Source of the DNA: an uncultured Trueperaceae bacterium
GTDB taxonomy: Bacteria; Deinococcota; Deinococci; Deinococcales; Trueperaceae
Assembly (NCBI GenBank): GCA_963799485.1
Contig: CAWCXJ010000006.1
Coordinates: forward strand, 192,001-256,000
Reading direction: 5' to 3'
Length of the DNA stretch: 64,000 nt
Positions within the stretch are counted from its first letter, which is position 1; each line of letters begins with the position of its first letter. The position numbers and the translations under genes were made by a program. This document shows positions 1-9,268 of the stretch, piece after piece. The notes beneath the pieces were generated by a model that saw only the letters and a program-made list of their open reading frames with translations, did no database searches and was not told the DNA's origin.

Positions 1-742
1 TTACGGCGGCTATTTCGACAACGGCCTGAGCGACACCACCGACTGGGACGTCTTTCACAGCGCGATCAGCTTGCAGTTTTACAACACCCCGAACGCGGTC
101 GTCGAAAACCTCACCATCTATCAGGCCGGCGACGGTATCACCTTTAAGAACAACAACCCCAACTGGGTCTTCCGCGACTCGTATGTCCGTCATGCAGGCG
201 ACGACGGGGTAGAAAACGACCGCTTCAGCGAAGGGTTGGTCGACGACGTGCTGATCGACTGGGCGTACACCGGGTTGTCGTGCCGTAAAGAACAAGCCAC
301 TGCCGCCGACGTCGATTACGACTTTACCGTCCGCGACAGCCTGATTGCCCTTAAACCGCAACGCGGGACCTACCTGAACCGCAATTCGCCGAGCCACGGT
401 CAACTCTTAAAGGTCACGCAAGGGGTCACGCAAGGTTGCAAGCTCGTCCTTCAAAACAATGTTTTTTTAATTACCGGGTACGCCGGCTACATCGACCCCT
501 CCGACGATCCGAAAGTCAACTACGACGTACTCGACCGCGCCGCGTGTCAAGGGAACAAAAACACCGTCGTCTACCTCGGCGGTAACGCGAGCTACCTCAA
601 ACAGCTGCGTGAAGCTGCGCCCGAGTGCTTCGACGTCACCACCGACGTCGGCGTCTGGAAAACGGCGCGGGCCAAATGGTTTGACCGGCATCCGGGCTTT
701 TCCGAATACCGTAACGCCGAACCTGCGGGGGCGGTCAACTAA
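1..742 (+). CDS. Beta-helix (pectin lyase-like) protein, 5'-truncated by the window edge
   Basis: Frame is open from the window start; repeated beta-helix-like motifs (VVENLTIYQAGDGITF, FRDSYVRHAGDDGVEND). Confidence 0.55.
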   Translation, partial: YGGYFDNGLSDTTDWDVFHSAISLQFYNTPNAVVENLTIYQAGDGITFKNNNPNWVFRDSYVRHAGDDGVENDRFSEGLVDDVLIDWAYTGLSCRKEQATAADVDYDFTVRDSLIALKPQRGTYLNRNSPSHGQLLKVTQGVTQGCKLVLQNNVFLITGYAGYIDPSDDPKVNYDVLDRAACQGNKNTVVYLGGNASYLKQLREAAPECFDVTTDVGVWKTARAKWFDRHPGFSEYRNAEPAGAVN

Positions 743-761
743 CGCCCACCAAAATCAGCGA

Positions 762-791
762 GGACGCCGGAATGCTCCGGCGTCCCTTTTT
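762..791 (+). terminator. Rho-independent terminator
   Basis: GGACGCCGG-aatgct-CCGGCGTCC followed by a T-run. Confidence 0.8.
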
Positions 792-947
792 GTGTTTATC
801 GTCTTTACTCGTCCTTTGCATTCGCTCTCAGTATTTATCTACAGAACTCGAGAAACCGTTTTTTGATCCTGGCTGACGATAATCGGGCAGTCCCGTCGTT
901 TATTACCGTAAAAGGGTACCCGGTTCCGGAAACCACTGTTCAGCGCA

Positions 948-1232
948 CTAAGAGCTTAGGCCGTCTTTAAGCCCTTTGCCCGCTTTGAACGCAGGATACT
1001 TGCTGGCGGCGATCTCGATCTTTTCGCTCGTGCCCGGTTTGACGCCTGTGCGGGCGCTGCGTTCACGCACCTCGAAGGTGCCGAACCCGGTCAGTTGCAC
1101 CTTGTCGCCGGACCTAAGGTGGGTGGCGACGCTCGCAAGCATCCCGTCGACAAGCGTCTTCACATCTTTTTGACCCATACCGGTCGTTTCGGAGAGTTCT
1201 TTGATCAGGTCGGCTTTGGAAACATTTGCCAT
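948..1232 (-). CDS. hup: DNA-binding protein HU
   Basis: VQLTGFGTFEVRERSARTG...PAFKAGK signature; AAGGAGG SD. Confidence 0.95.
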   Translation of the reverse strand: MANVSKADLIKELSETTGMGQKDVKTLVDGMLASVATHLRSGDKVQLTGFGTFEVRERSARTGVKPGTSEKIEIAASKYPAFKAGKGLKDGLSS

Positions 1233-1375
1233 AGTTTGGCCTCCTTAAGTTTGAGCTACCATAACAGACTTTGAACACGCACGTGTAGGACGGGACTATG
1301 TTTGCAGCTGTGGTACCTCGGTAATCTAGTTGCGCAGCTGAACAGCACTTCACGCGGCTGTTTGCACGCGCGTCG

Positions 1376-3505
1376 CTACCGTTCAGCCGCTTGCTGCGCT
1401 TGAATGGCGGTGAGGGCGACCGTATACACGATATCTTCGACCAGTGCACCCCGCGAGAGGTCGTTTACCGGCTTCTTGAGCCCCTGCAGCATCGGGCCGA
1501 TGCTGATGACCTCGGCGCTGCGCTGCACCGCCTTGTAGGTCGTGTTGCCGGTGTTGAGGTCGGGAAAGATGAAGACCGTTGCGCGTCCGGCAACCTGAGA
1601 GTCCGGCGCTTTGCTTTTGGCGACTTCGGCAATCGCGGCGGCGTCGTACTGGAGCGGCCCGTCGATGAGCAGATCGGGGCGGCGCGCTTGCGCGAGCTTT
1701 GTCGCCTCACGCACCTTGTCGACGTCGCTACCGCTGCCCGAAACGCCCGTGCTGTAAGAGAGCATTGCCACGCGCGCCGGGATGCCGAACGCTACGGCGG
1801 ATTCGGCGCTCTGCACGGCGATATCGGCGAGTTCTTCGGGGGTCGGGTCGGGGTTGATGGCGCAGTCGCCGTAAACGAGCACCTGTTCGGGTAAACACAT
1901 AAAAAAGACCGACGAGACGACCCGGACGCCCGGCACCGTTTTGATGATCTGCAGCGCCGGACGAATCGTGTTGGCGGTGGTGTGAACGGCTCCCGACACG
2001 AGCCCGTCGACCTCGCCTTGTTGCAGCATCATCGTCCCTAACATCACGTTGTCTTGCAGCGCCTCTTCCGCCATCGGCACGTTGAGTCCCTTGTGTTTGC
2101 GGAGTTCGACCAGCGGTTGGGTAAAACGCTCGACTTGCCCGGCAGGGGAGAGCAGCTCGAGCCCCGCCGGTAGCGTCAACCCGGCCCGCGCCGCCGCACG
2201 CTCAATCTCGCCCGGGTCGCCAAGCAAGACGCAGCGGGCGATACCGCGCTCTACGCAGATACACGCGGCCTGAATCGTGCGCGGTTCAACGCCTTCGGGC
2301 AGGACGATGCGTTTGTCGGCGGCGCGGGCACGTTCGACGAGCAGATGACGAAAGGCGGGCGGGCTCAGGCGGCGGTTTTCGGTCGAGGCGCGGCTCAGCG
2401 CTTCGAGCGCTTCGACGGCGACGCTTTCAGCGACCCGCGCAATCAGCAGTTCGATGCGTTCGGTATCGTCTAAAGGAACCTCGAGGTTCATCTCGCGGAC
2501 TCTAAGAGCGGCCTGAAACGAATCGTCGGGAACGAGCAGCAGCGTCAGGCCGGTGGCGAGTCCGGGTTCGCAGAGTTCAAGCATCGGCGCGCCCGGTCTG
2601 CGCCCGTTCGTCAGCAAGAGCGCGGCGATAGGTCGCCCGCTAAGGGCCGCCATCGACGCGGCGAGGACTAAATCCTCGCGGTCGCCCGAGGTGATAAAAA
2701 GGGTGCCGGGCAACAGGCGCTGCGCGGCGTTCGAGACCGTACTCGCGCCGAGTGCGACGTCGGTGACGCGGCGCTCGGTGTCGCCTGGGCGCAGGATTTC
2801 GGCCCCCAAAAACTTGGCGATATCCCCGACGCGCGGCGCGAGCAGGTCGCGTTCCCAGGGGATGGTGCCGAGCAGCCGAATATCGCCCCGCCGTAAAACG
2901 GGTGTAGCCGCACGGTAGTCGAGGGCTGCTTCACCTATTTGCGCTTCGTCCAGGCGCATAAAACTCCGCGCGCCTGCGGGCGCACCCACCTGATTGAGAA
3001 TGCAGCCCAACACGCGGCCCCCGGACGCGCCGCCGAAGTTTTGCGCGGCCAGCTCGAGCGCGTCCGAAAGCCCTTCCGGAAGACCGTTCGGAGCCGAGAC
3101 CAAGATGACCTCGGCGTCTAAACTGCTTGCTAACCCGGCGTTGAGCGCCGACGTATAGGATTGCTCAGACGACGGCACCAGCCCTTCGACGATAACGACG
3201 TCGGCGCGGCTCCCCGCCGCTTCAACCCGCGCGACGACCTCTTCAAAAAGCCGCCCGCGCTGCGCGTGTGCGTACAGGTCGGCGGCTTTGTCCGCCGGCA
3301 GGGGCGGCGGCGGCGAAAACCCGGCGATAAGTTCGACAAGGCGGCTCGAGCGTTCCGGCCCGGTATCCCCCTCGTGCGGTTGCGCGATGGGTTTGCAAAA
3401 CCCGACCCTGACCCCCCGCCGGTCGAGCGCGTGAACGAGGCCGACCGCGACCGTCGTCAGACCGACGCGCGGCCCGGTCGGGACGACTAAAATAGCTTGA
3501 GCCAC
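1376..3505 (-). CDS. pta: Phosphate acetyltransferase (long form with DRTGG domain)
   Basis: IVLPEGVEPRT, DGPLQYDAA, FPDLNTGNTTYKAVQR, KPVNDLSRG. Confidence 0.95.
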   Translation of the reverse strand: MAQAILVVPTGPRVGLTTVAVGLVHALDRRGVRVGFCKPIAQPHEGDTGPERSSRLVELIAGFSPPPPLPADKAADLYAHAQRGRLFEEVVARVEAAGSRADVVIVEGLVPSSEQSYTSALNAGLASSLDAEVILVSAPNGLPEGLSDALELAAQNFGGASGGRVLGCILNQVGAPAGARSFMRLDEAQIGEAALDYRAATPVLRRGDIRLLGTIPWERDLLAPRVGDIAKFLGAEILRPGDTERRVTDVALGASTVSNAAQRLLPGTLFITSGDREDLVLAASMAALSGRPIAALLLTNGRRPGAPMLELCEPGLATGLTLLLVPDDSFQAALRVREMNLEVPLDDTERIELLIARVAESVAVEALEALSRASTENRRLSPPAFRHLLVERARAADKRIVLPEGVEPRTIQAACICVERGIARCVLLGDPGEIERAAARAGLTLPAGLELLSPAGQVERFTQPLVELRKHKGLNVPMAEEALQDNVMLGTMMLQQGEVDGLVSGAVHTTANTIRPALQIIKTVPGVRVVSSVFFMCLPEQVLVYGDCAINPDPTPEELADIAVQSAESAVAFGIPARVAMLSYSTGVSGSGSDVDKVREATKLAQARRPDLLIDGPLQYDAAAIAEVAKSKAPDSQVAGRATVFIFPDLNTGNTTYKAVQRSAEVISIGPMLQGLKKPVNDLSRGALVEDIVYTVALTAIQAQQAAER

Positions 3506-3542
3506 AGGAAACCTTTCAAACCGGTACCTTTCACGTTATCCG

Positions 3543-4745
3543 TCAAGAGGACGCCCCCAAAAAGCTCCAGCAGCTCTGCGCGATGGCCCAGTTCTCCTGT
3601 GCGTGAACGACCAACACCCGAACAGAAGCGTCTGTTGCAGCGACGTCCGTATCAACCGGCGAGGCTTCATTTTTGCCCTCATCGAGCCGAATACCTAAAA
3701 ACCCGAACGCCGCACAGACCTCCCGGCGAATAAAGGCGCTGTGCTCACCTACGCCGCCCGTAAAAACCAGCGCGTCGAAACCGCCGAGGCTCGCTAACAT
3801 CGCGCCGAGATAAAACCTTATCCGGTGAACGTAAACGGTAAGCGCCAGCACTGCCCGTGAATCTCCCGCTGCTGCCGCCGTGCTCACATCCCTTAAATCG
3901 CCCGACACGCCGGAAAGTCCTTTAAGTCCCGATTCGCTGTTTAAGACCCGGTTCAGTTCGTCGGCAGTGTAACCCTTTTCACGCAGCAGATAGAGCAGCA
4001 AACCGGGGTCGAGCGTCCCCGAGCGTGTGCCCATCATCAGGCCCTCCAAGGGCGTAAAGCCCATCGTCGTATCGACACTTTTGCCCTCACGCACGGCTGC
4101 CAGCGAGCAGCCGTTGCCAAGGTGACAGGTGATGAGTTTAAGGGACGTAAGCGGTCTTCCCAACAGCTGAGCGGCGCGTCCGGCAGCGTAGGCGTGACTG
4201 ATACCGTGAAAGCCGTAACGCCGAATACCCTCATCAATCCAGCGGTGGGGGCCGGGATAAACCGCCGCCGCATCCGGCAAGGTGGCGTGAAAGGCGGTAT
4301 CGAAAACGGCGATTTGCGGGGTCTCACCGAACAAGTCTTTGGCAACCCCGATACCGACTAAGGCGGCGGGATTGTGCGCCGGAGCCAAAGGAGAAAGTTC
4401 GTCAATGGCCCTTTCAACTTCGGGCGTAAGCAGCGTACTTTCCTGATACGTCCGGCCCCCGTGAACGACGCGGTGCCCGATAATAGCTACCTCGTCCGGG
4501 CTCGAGATTACCTGCGTCGGGCCTCCCCAGAGCGCTTCTAAAAGCTGCGGCAACGCCTCGGCGGGCGACGCCGACGGGAGAAGCGTCTCAAAAATTGCCC
4601 CCGCCGCCGTCCAGACCTTGAGCCTGGGGCCGTCGGCGTGCGCTTCCCAGACGGGTGCGGGCGGCGTGTCCGGGATACCGTCAAGGGCGTAAAGACAGCA
4701 CTTTTGGCTGCTCGAGCCTGAATTCAAAACCAAGATTTTATTCAG
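3543..4745 (-). CDS. ackA: Acetate kinase (start uncertain, possibly CTG)
   Basis: KILVLNSGSSS, GHRVVHGG, RRYGFHGISH, TMGFTPLEGLMMGTRSG. Confidence 0.95.
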   Translation of the reverse strand: MNKILVLNSGSSSQKCCLYALDGIPDTPPAPVWEAHADGPRLKVWTAAGAIFETLLPSASPAEALPQLLEALWGGPTQVISSPDEVAIIGHRVVHGGRTYQESTLLTPEVERAIDELSPLAPAHNPAALVGIGVAKDLFGETPQIAVFDTAFHATLPDAAAVYPGPHRWIDEGIRRYGFHGISHAYAAGRAAQLLGRPLTSLKLITCHLGNGCSLAAVREGKSVDTTMGFTPLEGLMMGTRSGTLDPGLLLYLLREKGYTADELNRVLNSESGLKGLSGVSGDLRDVSTAAAAGDSRAVLALTVYVHRIRFYLGAMLASLGGFDALVFTGGVGEHSAFIRREVCAAFGFLGIRLDEGKNEASPVDTDVAATDASVRVLVVHAQENWAIAQSCWSFLGASS

Positions 4746-4790
4746 CGTGACGCCTCTTTCTTGCTCGCGTGAGGTTTACGGTGATGAGCG

Positions 4791-5159
4791 CTACGCCTCG
4801 CCGTTGCCGAGTTGCCCCAACCAGTCCGTCGCCTCCGCCACGTTTTCAAAATACGCGACTTCGGCGCTCGTAAACGGGTTGCCGAGCCGGGTAAACGCCT
4901 CTTGCCAGCCCGCGTTCCCGACGATAGCAACACGCTTAAAATCGCTCAGGTGCTGCGCGTCGAACTTGAGGTCTCTCCACGCGGCAGCTGGTTCGATGTT
5001 CTTGACCTTTGCCATGTCAAAAAGCAGGTTGAGCTTGCCGTACTCGTTAATAAACTCTACTAATTCCGGTGTGATTTTCCCGTAATCCTCGGCGGTGAGG
5101 TCGCCCTCGGCGGTCATCGTCACGAGATTGCGTGACGGGTCAACGGCTGTTTGAATCAT
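4791..5159 (-). CDS. SpoIIAA-like (STAS/SEC14) protein
   Basis: GDLTAEDY...LLFDM...AAWRDLKF...FKRVAIVG; GAGGAG SD before ATG 5159. Confidence 0.8.
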   Translation of the reverse strand: MIQTAVDPSRNLVTMTAEGDLTAEDYGKITPELVEFINEYGKLNLLFDMAKVKNIEPAAAWRDLKFDAQHLSDFKRVAIVGNAGWQEAFTRLGNPFTSAEVAYFENVAEATDWLGQLGNGEA

Positions 5160-5313
5160 CGCGTCTCCTCTTAGACCCAAGCTACCGCAAGTCAGGCAGC
5201 GAGTTTTGGGGTGCGCCTACGGCTTGCAAAAAGCAGGAAGCAAAAACTGAAGACCGTTGCCTGAGTGCGCCTCGAGCCGAGTTCTTTTCCAGACATCGGG
5301 TAGAGTAGTCGGC

Positions 5314-6396
5314 GTGGACGTTGCCACCCTACTAGAACGCGCCGCCGCCATCCCCAGCGTTTCGGGTGCAGAGGGCGAGCTTGCCGACTTTTTGACCTCA
5401 CAGCTGGCGACTTTTTGCGGTGAAGCGTTTGTCGACGCTGCCGGAAACGCCGTCGGACGTGTTGGTTCAGGGCCGCTCGAGGTGACTTTTCTGGGTCACA
5501 TCGACACCGTGCCCGGCGTGGTTCCGGTACGCGTCCAAGACGGCAAACTCTACGGGCGCGGCACCGTCGACGCCAAAGGCCCGTTTTGTACGGCAGTCGC
5601 GGCTGCCGCGAGGTTGCCGCAAAACGTAAAAGACGCCCTGACGCTGACGCTTATCGGCGCAGTCGAAGAAGAGGTGCCCTCGAGTAAAGGTGCCCGCTTT
5701 GCCGTAAACGCCTACGCCAAACCCGACCTGCTCATCATCGGGGAGCCCTCGAGCTGGGACGCGCTGACGCTCGGTTACAAGGGGCGGCTGGTGGGGCGGC
5801 TCGAGCTTGTCAAACCTGCGTTTCACAGCGCCGGCGAGGGGACGACCGCTGCCGAAGACCTCGTAACTTGCTGGCAAAAGGTTCAAACGTGGGCCGAGGG
5901 GACGCCGACCGCCTCCGCCGGCCCGTTCGACCGGGTTCAGGTCGCGTTGCAAGGTTTTAACACCCACGCCGACGGCCTCAGTCAAAAGGCTGAAGCCGTT
6001 ATCGGTCTGCGGTTGCCGCCGAGTTGTCCTCCGGCTGAAGCTGAACGGGGGTTACGGCGGGCACTCCGAGCTAGTGAGGGACTCGAGCTCACCTTCAGCG
6101 GACACGAAACCGCCTACCGTGGCCCGAAAGATACCCCGCTTACCCGCGCCTTCCGGGTTGCCATTCGCGCCGAGGGGGGCACGCCGCGGTTCAAGGTCAA
6201 AACCGGCACGTCGGATATGAACGTTGTCGCGCCCTTGTGGGACGTGCCGATGCTCGCTTACGGCCCCGGCGATTCGGCGCTCGACCATACGCCGAACGAA
6301 CACACCGAACTCGCGGAGCTGGCGCGCGCCGTAAAAGTTCTTGGTGGCGCTTTGGAGCATCTTGCCAAGGGGAGCCGAAACGCAAAAACGCCTTGA
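5314..6396 (+). CDS. lysK: [LysW]-lysine/ornithine hydrolase (M20 family)
   Basis: [49 protein letters not shown] -10 is 7 nt before the GTG. Confidence 0.9.
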   Translation: MDVATLLERAAAIPSVSGAEGELADFLTSQLATFCGEAFVDAAGNAVGRVGSGPLEVTFLGHIDTVPGVVPVRVQDGKLYGRGTVDAKGPFCTAVAAAARLPQNVKDALTLTLIGAVEEEVPSSKGARFAVNAYAKPDLLIIGEPSSWDALTLGYKGRLVGRLELVKPAFHSAGEGTTAAEDLVTCWQKVQTWAEGTPTASAGPFDRVQVALQGFNTHADGLSQKAEAVIGLRLPPSCPPAEAERGLRRALRASEGLELTFSGHETAYRGPKDTPLTRAFRVAIRAEGGTPRFKVKTGTSDMNVVAPLWDVPMLAYGPGDSALDHTPNEHTELAELARAVKVLGGALEHLAKGSRNAKTP

Positions 6397-6461
6397 CGCC
6401 GAAATGCACCCCGAAACTCCGTCCGCCGGTGCACCTGCACGGTGGTAGCTTGGTAAGGTGA

Positions 6462-6950
6462 TAGCACTTCCAGCACTTAATGCTCCACCCTGTAGCCACA
6501 ATGCTTGAAGGTATTGAGGACGTTTTCAGGCGTAACGGTTTTGACCGCATCACAAAAAGCATAAATGAGGGCGTAAGGTTTCGGGACGAAGCGCTTTGAT
6601 AAAGGCTTTGAGCTTGGCAAAGTGATGTTCACAGGCATTTAGGTCGGGTGAGTAGGTGGGCAGGTATAAGCGTTCACAACCGAAACGTTCGACTGCCAGG
6701 TACGCGGTTCGCGCTTGTTCATCTCGCTCTCGAGCGCTGAAGCTCTTTTTTTGTGGGTGATGCCCAGCTAACGTCCCTGCCGCAGCGCACATAGCGCGCG
6801 ACGCGCCAGCGACTGACCCCGAAGCGTCTGGCTACGGCACTTTTACTCTGCCCTTCCTCAACGTGTGCTTTAACGATGCGTTCTCGTAAGTCCAGTGAAT
6901 AGCTGCCCACAGCTTGGTTTAGGCTGCTGCGGTAAAGGTTGGCAGTGCTA
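6462..6950 (-). mobile_element. Internally deleted IS630-family element
   Basis: N-terminal YSLDLRERIV...SAVARRFGVS and C-terminal LYLPTYSPDLNACEHHFAKLK fragments; imperfect inverted ends TAGCACTTCCA / TGGCAGTGCTA with terminal TA. Confidence 0.8.
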
Positions 6951-7197
6951 ACGCTATCACTGCCGGCGCACGCGTTCCTGGGCGTCGTTTGTAGTCGTGA
7001 GGCTAAAAAGGAGCATTCCAAACGACGACTTGATCGCGCTGAGTGTGCCGGAGGTGCGGCATTTGCCGTGTTTGCTGTTCTGGCATAGCAGGCTGGACTC
7101 GCAGTTTGTTCTGGCTCGGTCGTGGCGGCGGCATCGGGCCCGGGCGAGACACGCTCGTTTCGGGCGGCAAAAGCGCCATCTGCAACTGCAAGACTAG
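6951..7197 (+). pseudogene. IS701-family transposase C-terminal remnant
   Basis: TLSLPAHAFL and LIALSVPEVRHL...VLARSWRRHRARARH resemble the IS701 transposase C-terminus; frameshifted. Confidence 0.65.
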
Positions 7198-7198
7198 T

Positions 7199-8284
7199 CT
7201 AGGCCTCACCGTTTTCGCTGTCAGAGAGCGGCTCATCGACTTCGACCTTCATGACTTCACGCAGTACACTTGTCGCAAACGAACCTTTTTGCAAGGTAAA
7301 GGCGAGCGTGTAACCGTCACTTTCAGGCGTCAGCATTACGTCTTCTAAAAAGATACGGCTCGGGCGGCGCGAGCCTTTACGGGCGGTAAAGTCGCTCCAG
7401 CGGAGGCCGAAGTGCTCGAGCGTCCCCCCTTCCAGCACGCCCGCGTCAGCCCCGCTTACCTTGACCTTTTTGCCGTACAGCGGCAGCGTCGCGGAAATTT
7501 CACCGTGCGCGGCCCTTGCCCCTTCAACGTCAGCATCTTCCACGACGAACACGCCGCCCGTGTCGCGTTTTTTCGCCCAGTCGCCCTGCACGACCGCGCC
7601 GTATAACCCGCGCCCCAGCCGCACGCTCAACATATGGTTAAACAGCAAAGACTGCAGCGCCGACAGAAAAAAGCGCTTGAGCCGGTGGCCCCCCGGTACG
7701 TGTTCACCCCGGATGAGTTTCAGCCCATCGACCGCGTTGGTACCGAAACGTCCAAAACGCTGCGGGCCAAAGTAATTTGGGACACCTTGCGTTTCGAGAA
7801 CCTCCAGCACCGCTGCCGCTGCCACCGCGTTACCCCCCCGAACCCGGATGCTAAAACGGTTGCCGCGTAGGTGCCCGGTACCGAGTTTATTGCGGTGCCT
7901 CGAGGTTTCCAACACCTCTGCGCCGTCAAGCTTCTCGAGCGCCGTAAAAGCCGCCGCGTGACGGTTGGGAACACTCAGCCACTGCCTCGTCACGGCGTAC
8001 TTGTCTTTAAGTCCGGCAACGCCGATTTCTTTTTCCTTGAGACCCTGCCGCAAAAGCGCTAAAACCAGGTCACGGGTGGTCAACCCGCGTTTTTCGACGA
8101 ACGCGTAGGCGTGCGAACCCGAGCCCTCCGGCAAGTAAAGCGGAATTTCTTCGACGGTAAAGTCCTCCGGGTGGCTGCGGATGTGCCCGCCACTACCGGG
8201 GAGCTGCGCGGTCAGGGGCGGCAGATCGCGCCAGCGAAAACGAAAGTCCGGCAAGGTCGTAGGGTTCTCAGGGTTCGGGGTCAC
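7199..8284 (-). CDS. truD: tRNA pseudouridine(13) synthase
   Basis: AGLKDKYAVTRQWLS, GHLRGNRF, VPNYFGPQRFG, KGSFATSVLRE. Confidence 0.95.
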   Translation of the reverse strand: MTPNPENPTTLPDFRFRWRDLPPLTAQLPGSGGHIRSHPEDFTVEEIPLYLPEGSGSHAYAFVEKRGLTTRDLVLALLRQGLKEKEIGVAGLKDKYAVTRQWLSVPNRHAAAFTALEKLDGAEVLETSRHRNKLGTGHLRGNRFSIRVRGGNAVAAAAVLEVLETQGVPNYFGPQRFGRFGTNAVDGLKLIRGEHVPGGHRLKRFFLSALQSLLFNHMLSVRLGRGLYGAVVQGDWAKKRDTGGVFVVEDADVEGARAAHGEISATLPLYGKKVKVSGADAGVLEGGTLEHFGLRWSDFTARKGSRRPSRIFLEDVMLTPESDGYTLAFTLQKGSFATSVLREVMKVEVDEPLSDSENGEA

Positions 8285-8943
8285 GACTCGGTGTGTAAGC
8301 TGGCGGTCGTACTGCTCCGGAGCTGGTCTCGCATCCGGCGCTGCGCTGCCCCGAAACGCTCAACCAAGGAGGGGGCCTCGAGCAGCGCCTGCCGCTCACT
8401 TGCCGGAAGTCTCAGGTTGGCGCAGATAAATGACGCCTGAAAGAGCAGGTCGTCGGGTAGCGCCTCTTCAAGTTGCGCCTGCGCGCTCTCGGCGAAAAAG
8501 GTCTGGGCGTACTCGCGAAAAATCTCTACCGCGTCCCACGCTGCGAGCCGTTCGCTGTTCGGGTCGCTGCGTGATAGCGGGTAGGGCAAGTCCTCGGTGT
8601 AGTGAAGCTGACTGGTGCTGCCGTCCGGAGCGGTGACGTCTTCACTGTGCCCCGGCCTGATATAGCAGCGTTCTTGCCCGTGCGTCAAGACGTTAAAGGT
8701 ACCGTCGGCATTTTCCATCACCGACAAGATATCGACGAACGACCCTACCTTGGCAATCCCCCGCAACTCGGGTACGTCGCTGATCTGCGCCTCCGGCCCC
8801 GCCAACACGAGCGCGACGCGGCGCTGGTTTTCCGCTACGCAGTCCCGGATCATTTTACGGTAGCGCTCTTCGAAAATAAATAGCGGCAGCGTCATCCCCG
8901 GGAACACGACGAGTTCGGGAAGCGGAAAGAGCGGGATAACCAT
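8281..8943 (-). CDS. LON peptidase substrate-binding domain protein
   Basis: IPLFPLPELVVFPGMTLPLFIFEERYRKMI. Confidence 0.85.
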   Translation of the reverse strand: MVIPLFPLPELVVFPGMTLPLFIFEERYRKMIRDCVAENQRRVALVLAGPEAQISDVPELRGIAKVGSFVDILSVMENADGTFNVLTHGQERCYIRPGHSEDVTAPDGSTSQLHYTEDLPYPLSRSDPNSERLAAWDAVEIFREYAQTFFAESAQAQLEEALPDDLLFQASFICANLRLPASERQALLEAPSLVERFGAAQRRMRDQLRSSTTASLHTES

Positions 8944-9019
8944 ACGCTACGGTAACAGGAGAAGCGCCGGGAGAGTAGGAGTTATGACCGCTTTTGAAAG
9001 GAGAAATATCCGAGACCTT

Positions 9020-9043
9020 AAAAAACCGGGCGTAAACCCGGTT
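9020..9043 (-). terminator. Terminator downstream of tRNA-Asp
   Basis: AACCGGG-tttacg-CCCGGTTTTTT on the minus strand. Confidence 0.8.
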
Positions 9044-9045
9044 CT

Positions 9046-9121
9046 TGGCGGAGCCGACGGGATTTGAACCCGCGACCTTCTGCGTGACAGGCAGATATGC
9101 TAACCCCTACACTACGGCTCC
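9046..9121 (-). tRNA. tRNA-Asp(GTC)
   Basis: GGAGCCG acceptor stem, anticodon arm TCTGC-CTGTCAC-GCAGA, GGTTCAAATCC T-arm, encoded CCA. Confidence 0.97.
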
Positions 9122-9134
9122 ACGCCCGGGTTTG

Positions 9135-9163
9135 AGGATACCTATTTGCTTATGGGGTGTCAA
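9135..9163 (-). promoter_or_regulatory. Sigma70 promoter of tRNA-Asp
   Basis: TTGACA-17 nt-TATCCT. Confidence 0.8.
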
Positions 9164-9268
9164 GGGAAAAGCAACCGGGCAAAAGCCGAATACAAAAGCT
9201 GCCAAGAAGAATTCGGACGTTTTTATCCTCGCTGTCTACTCTTCTACCTCAATCAGCGCCAGGAAGCT

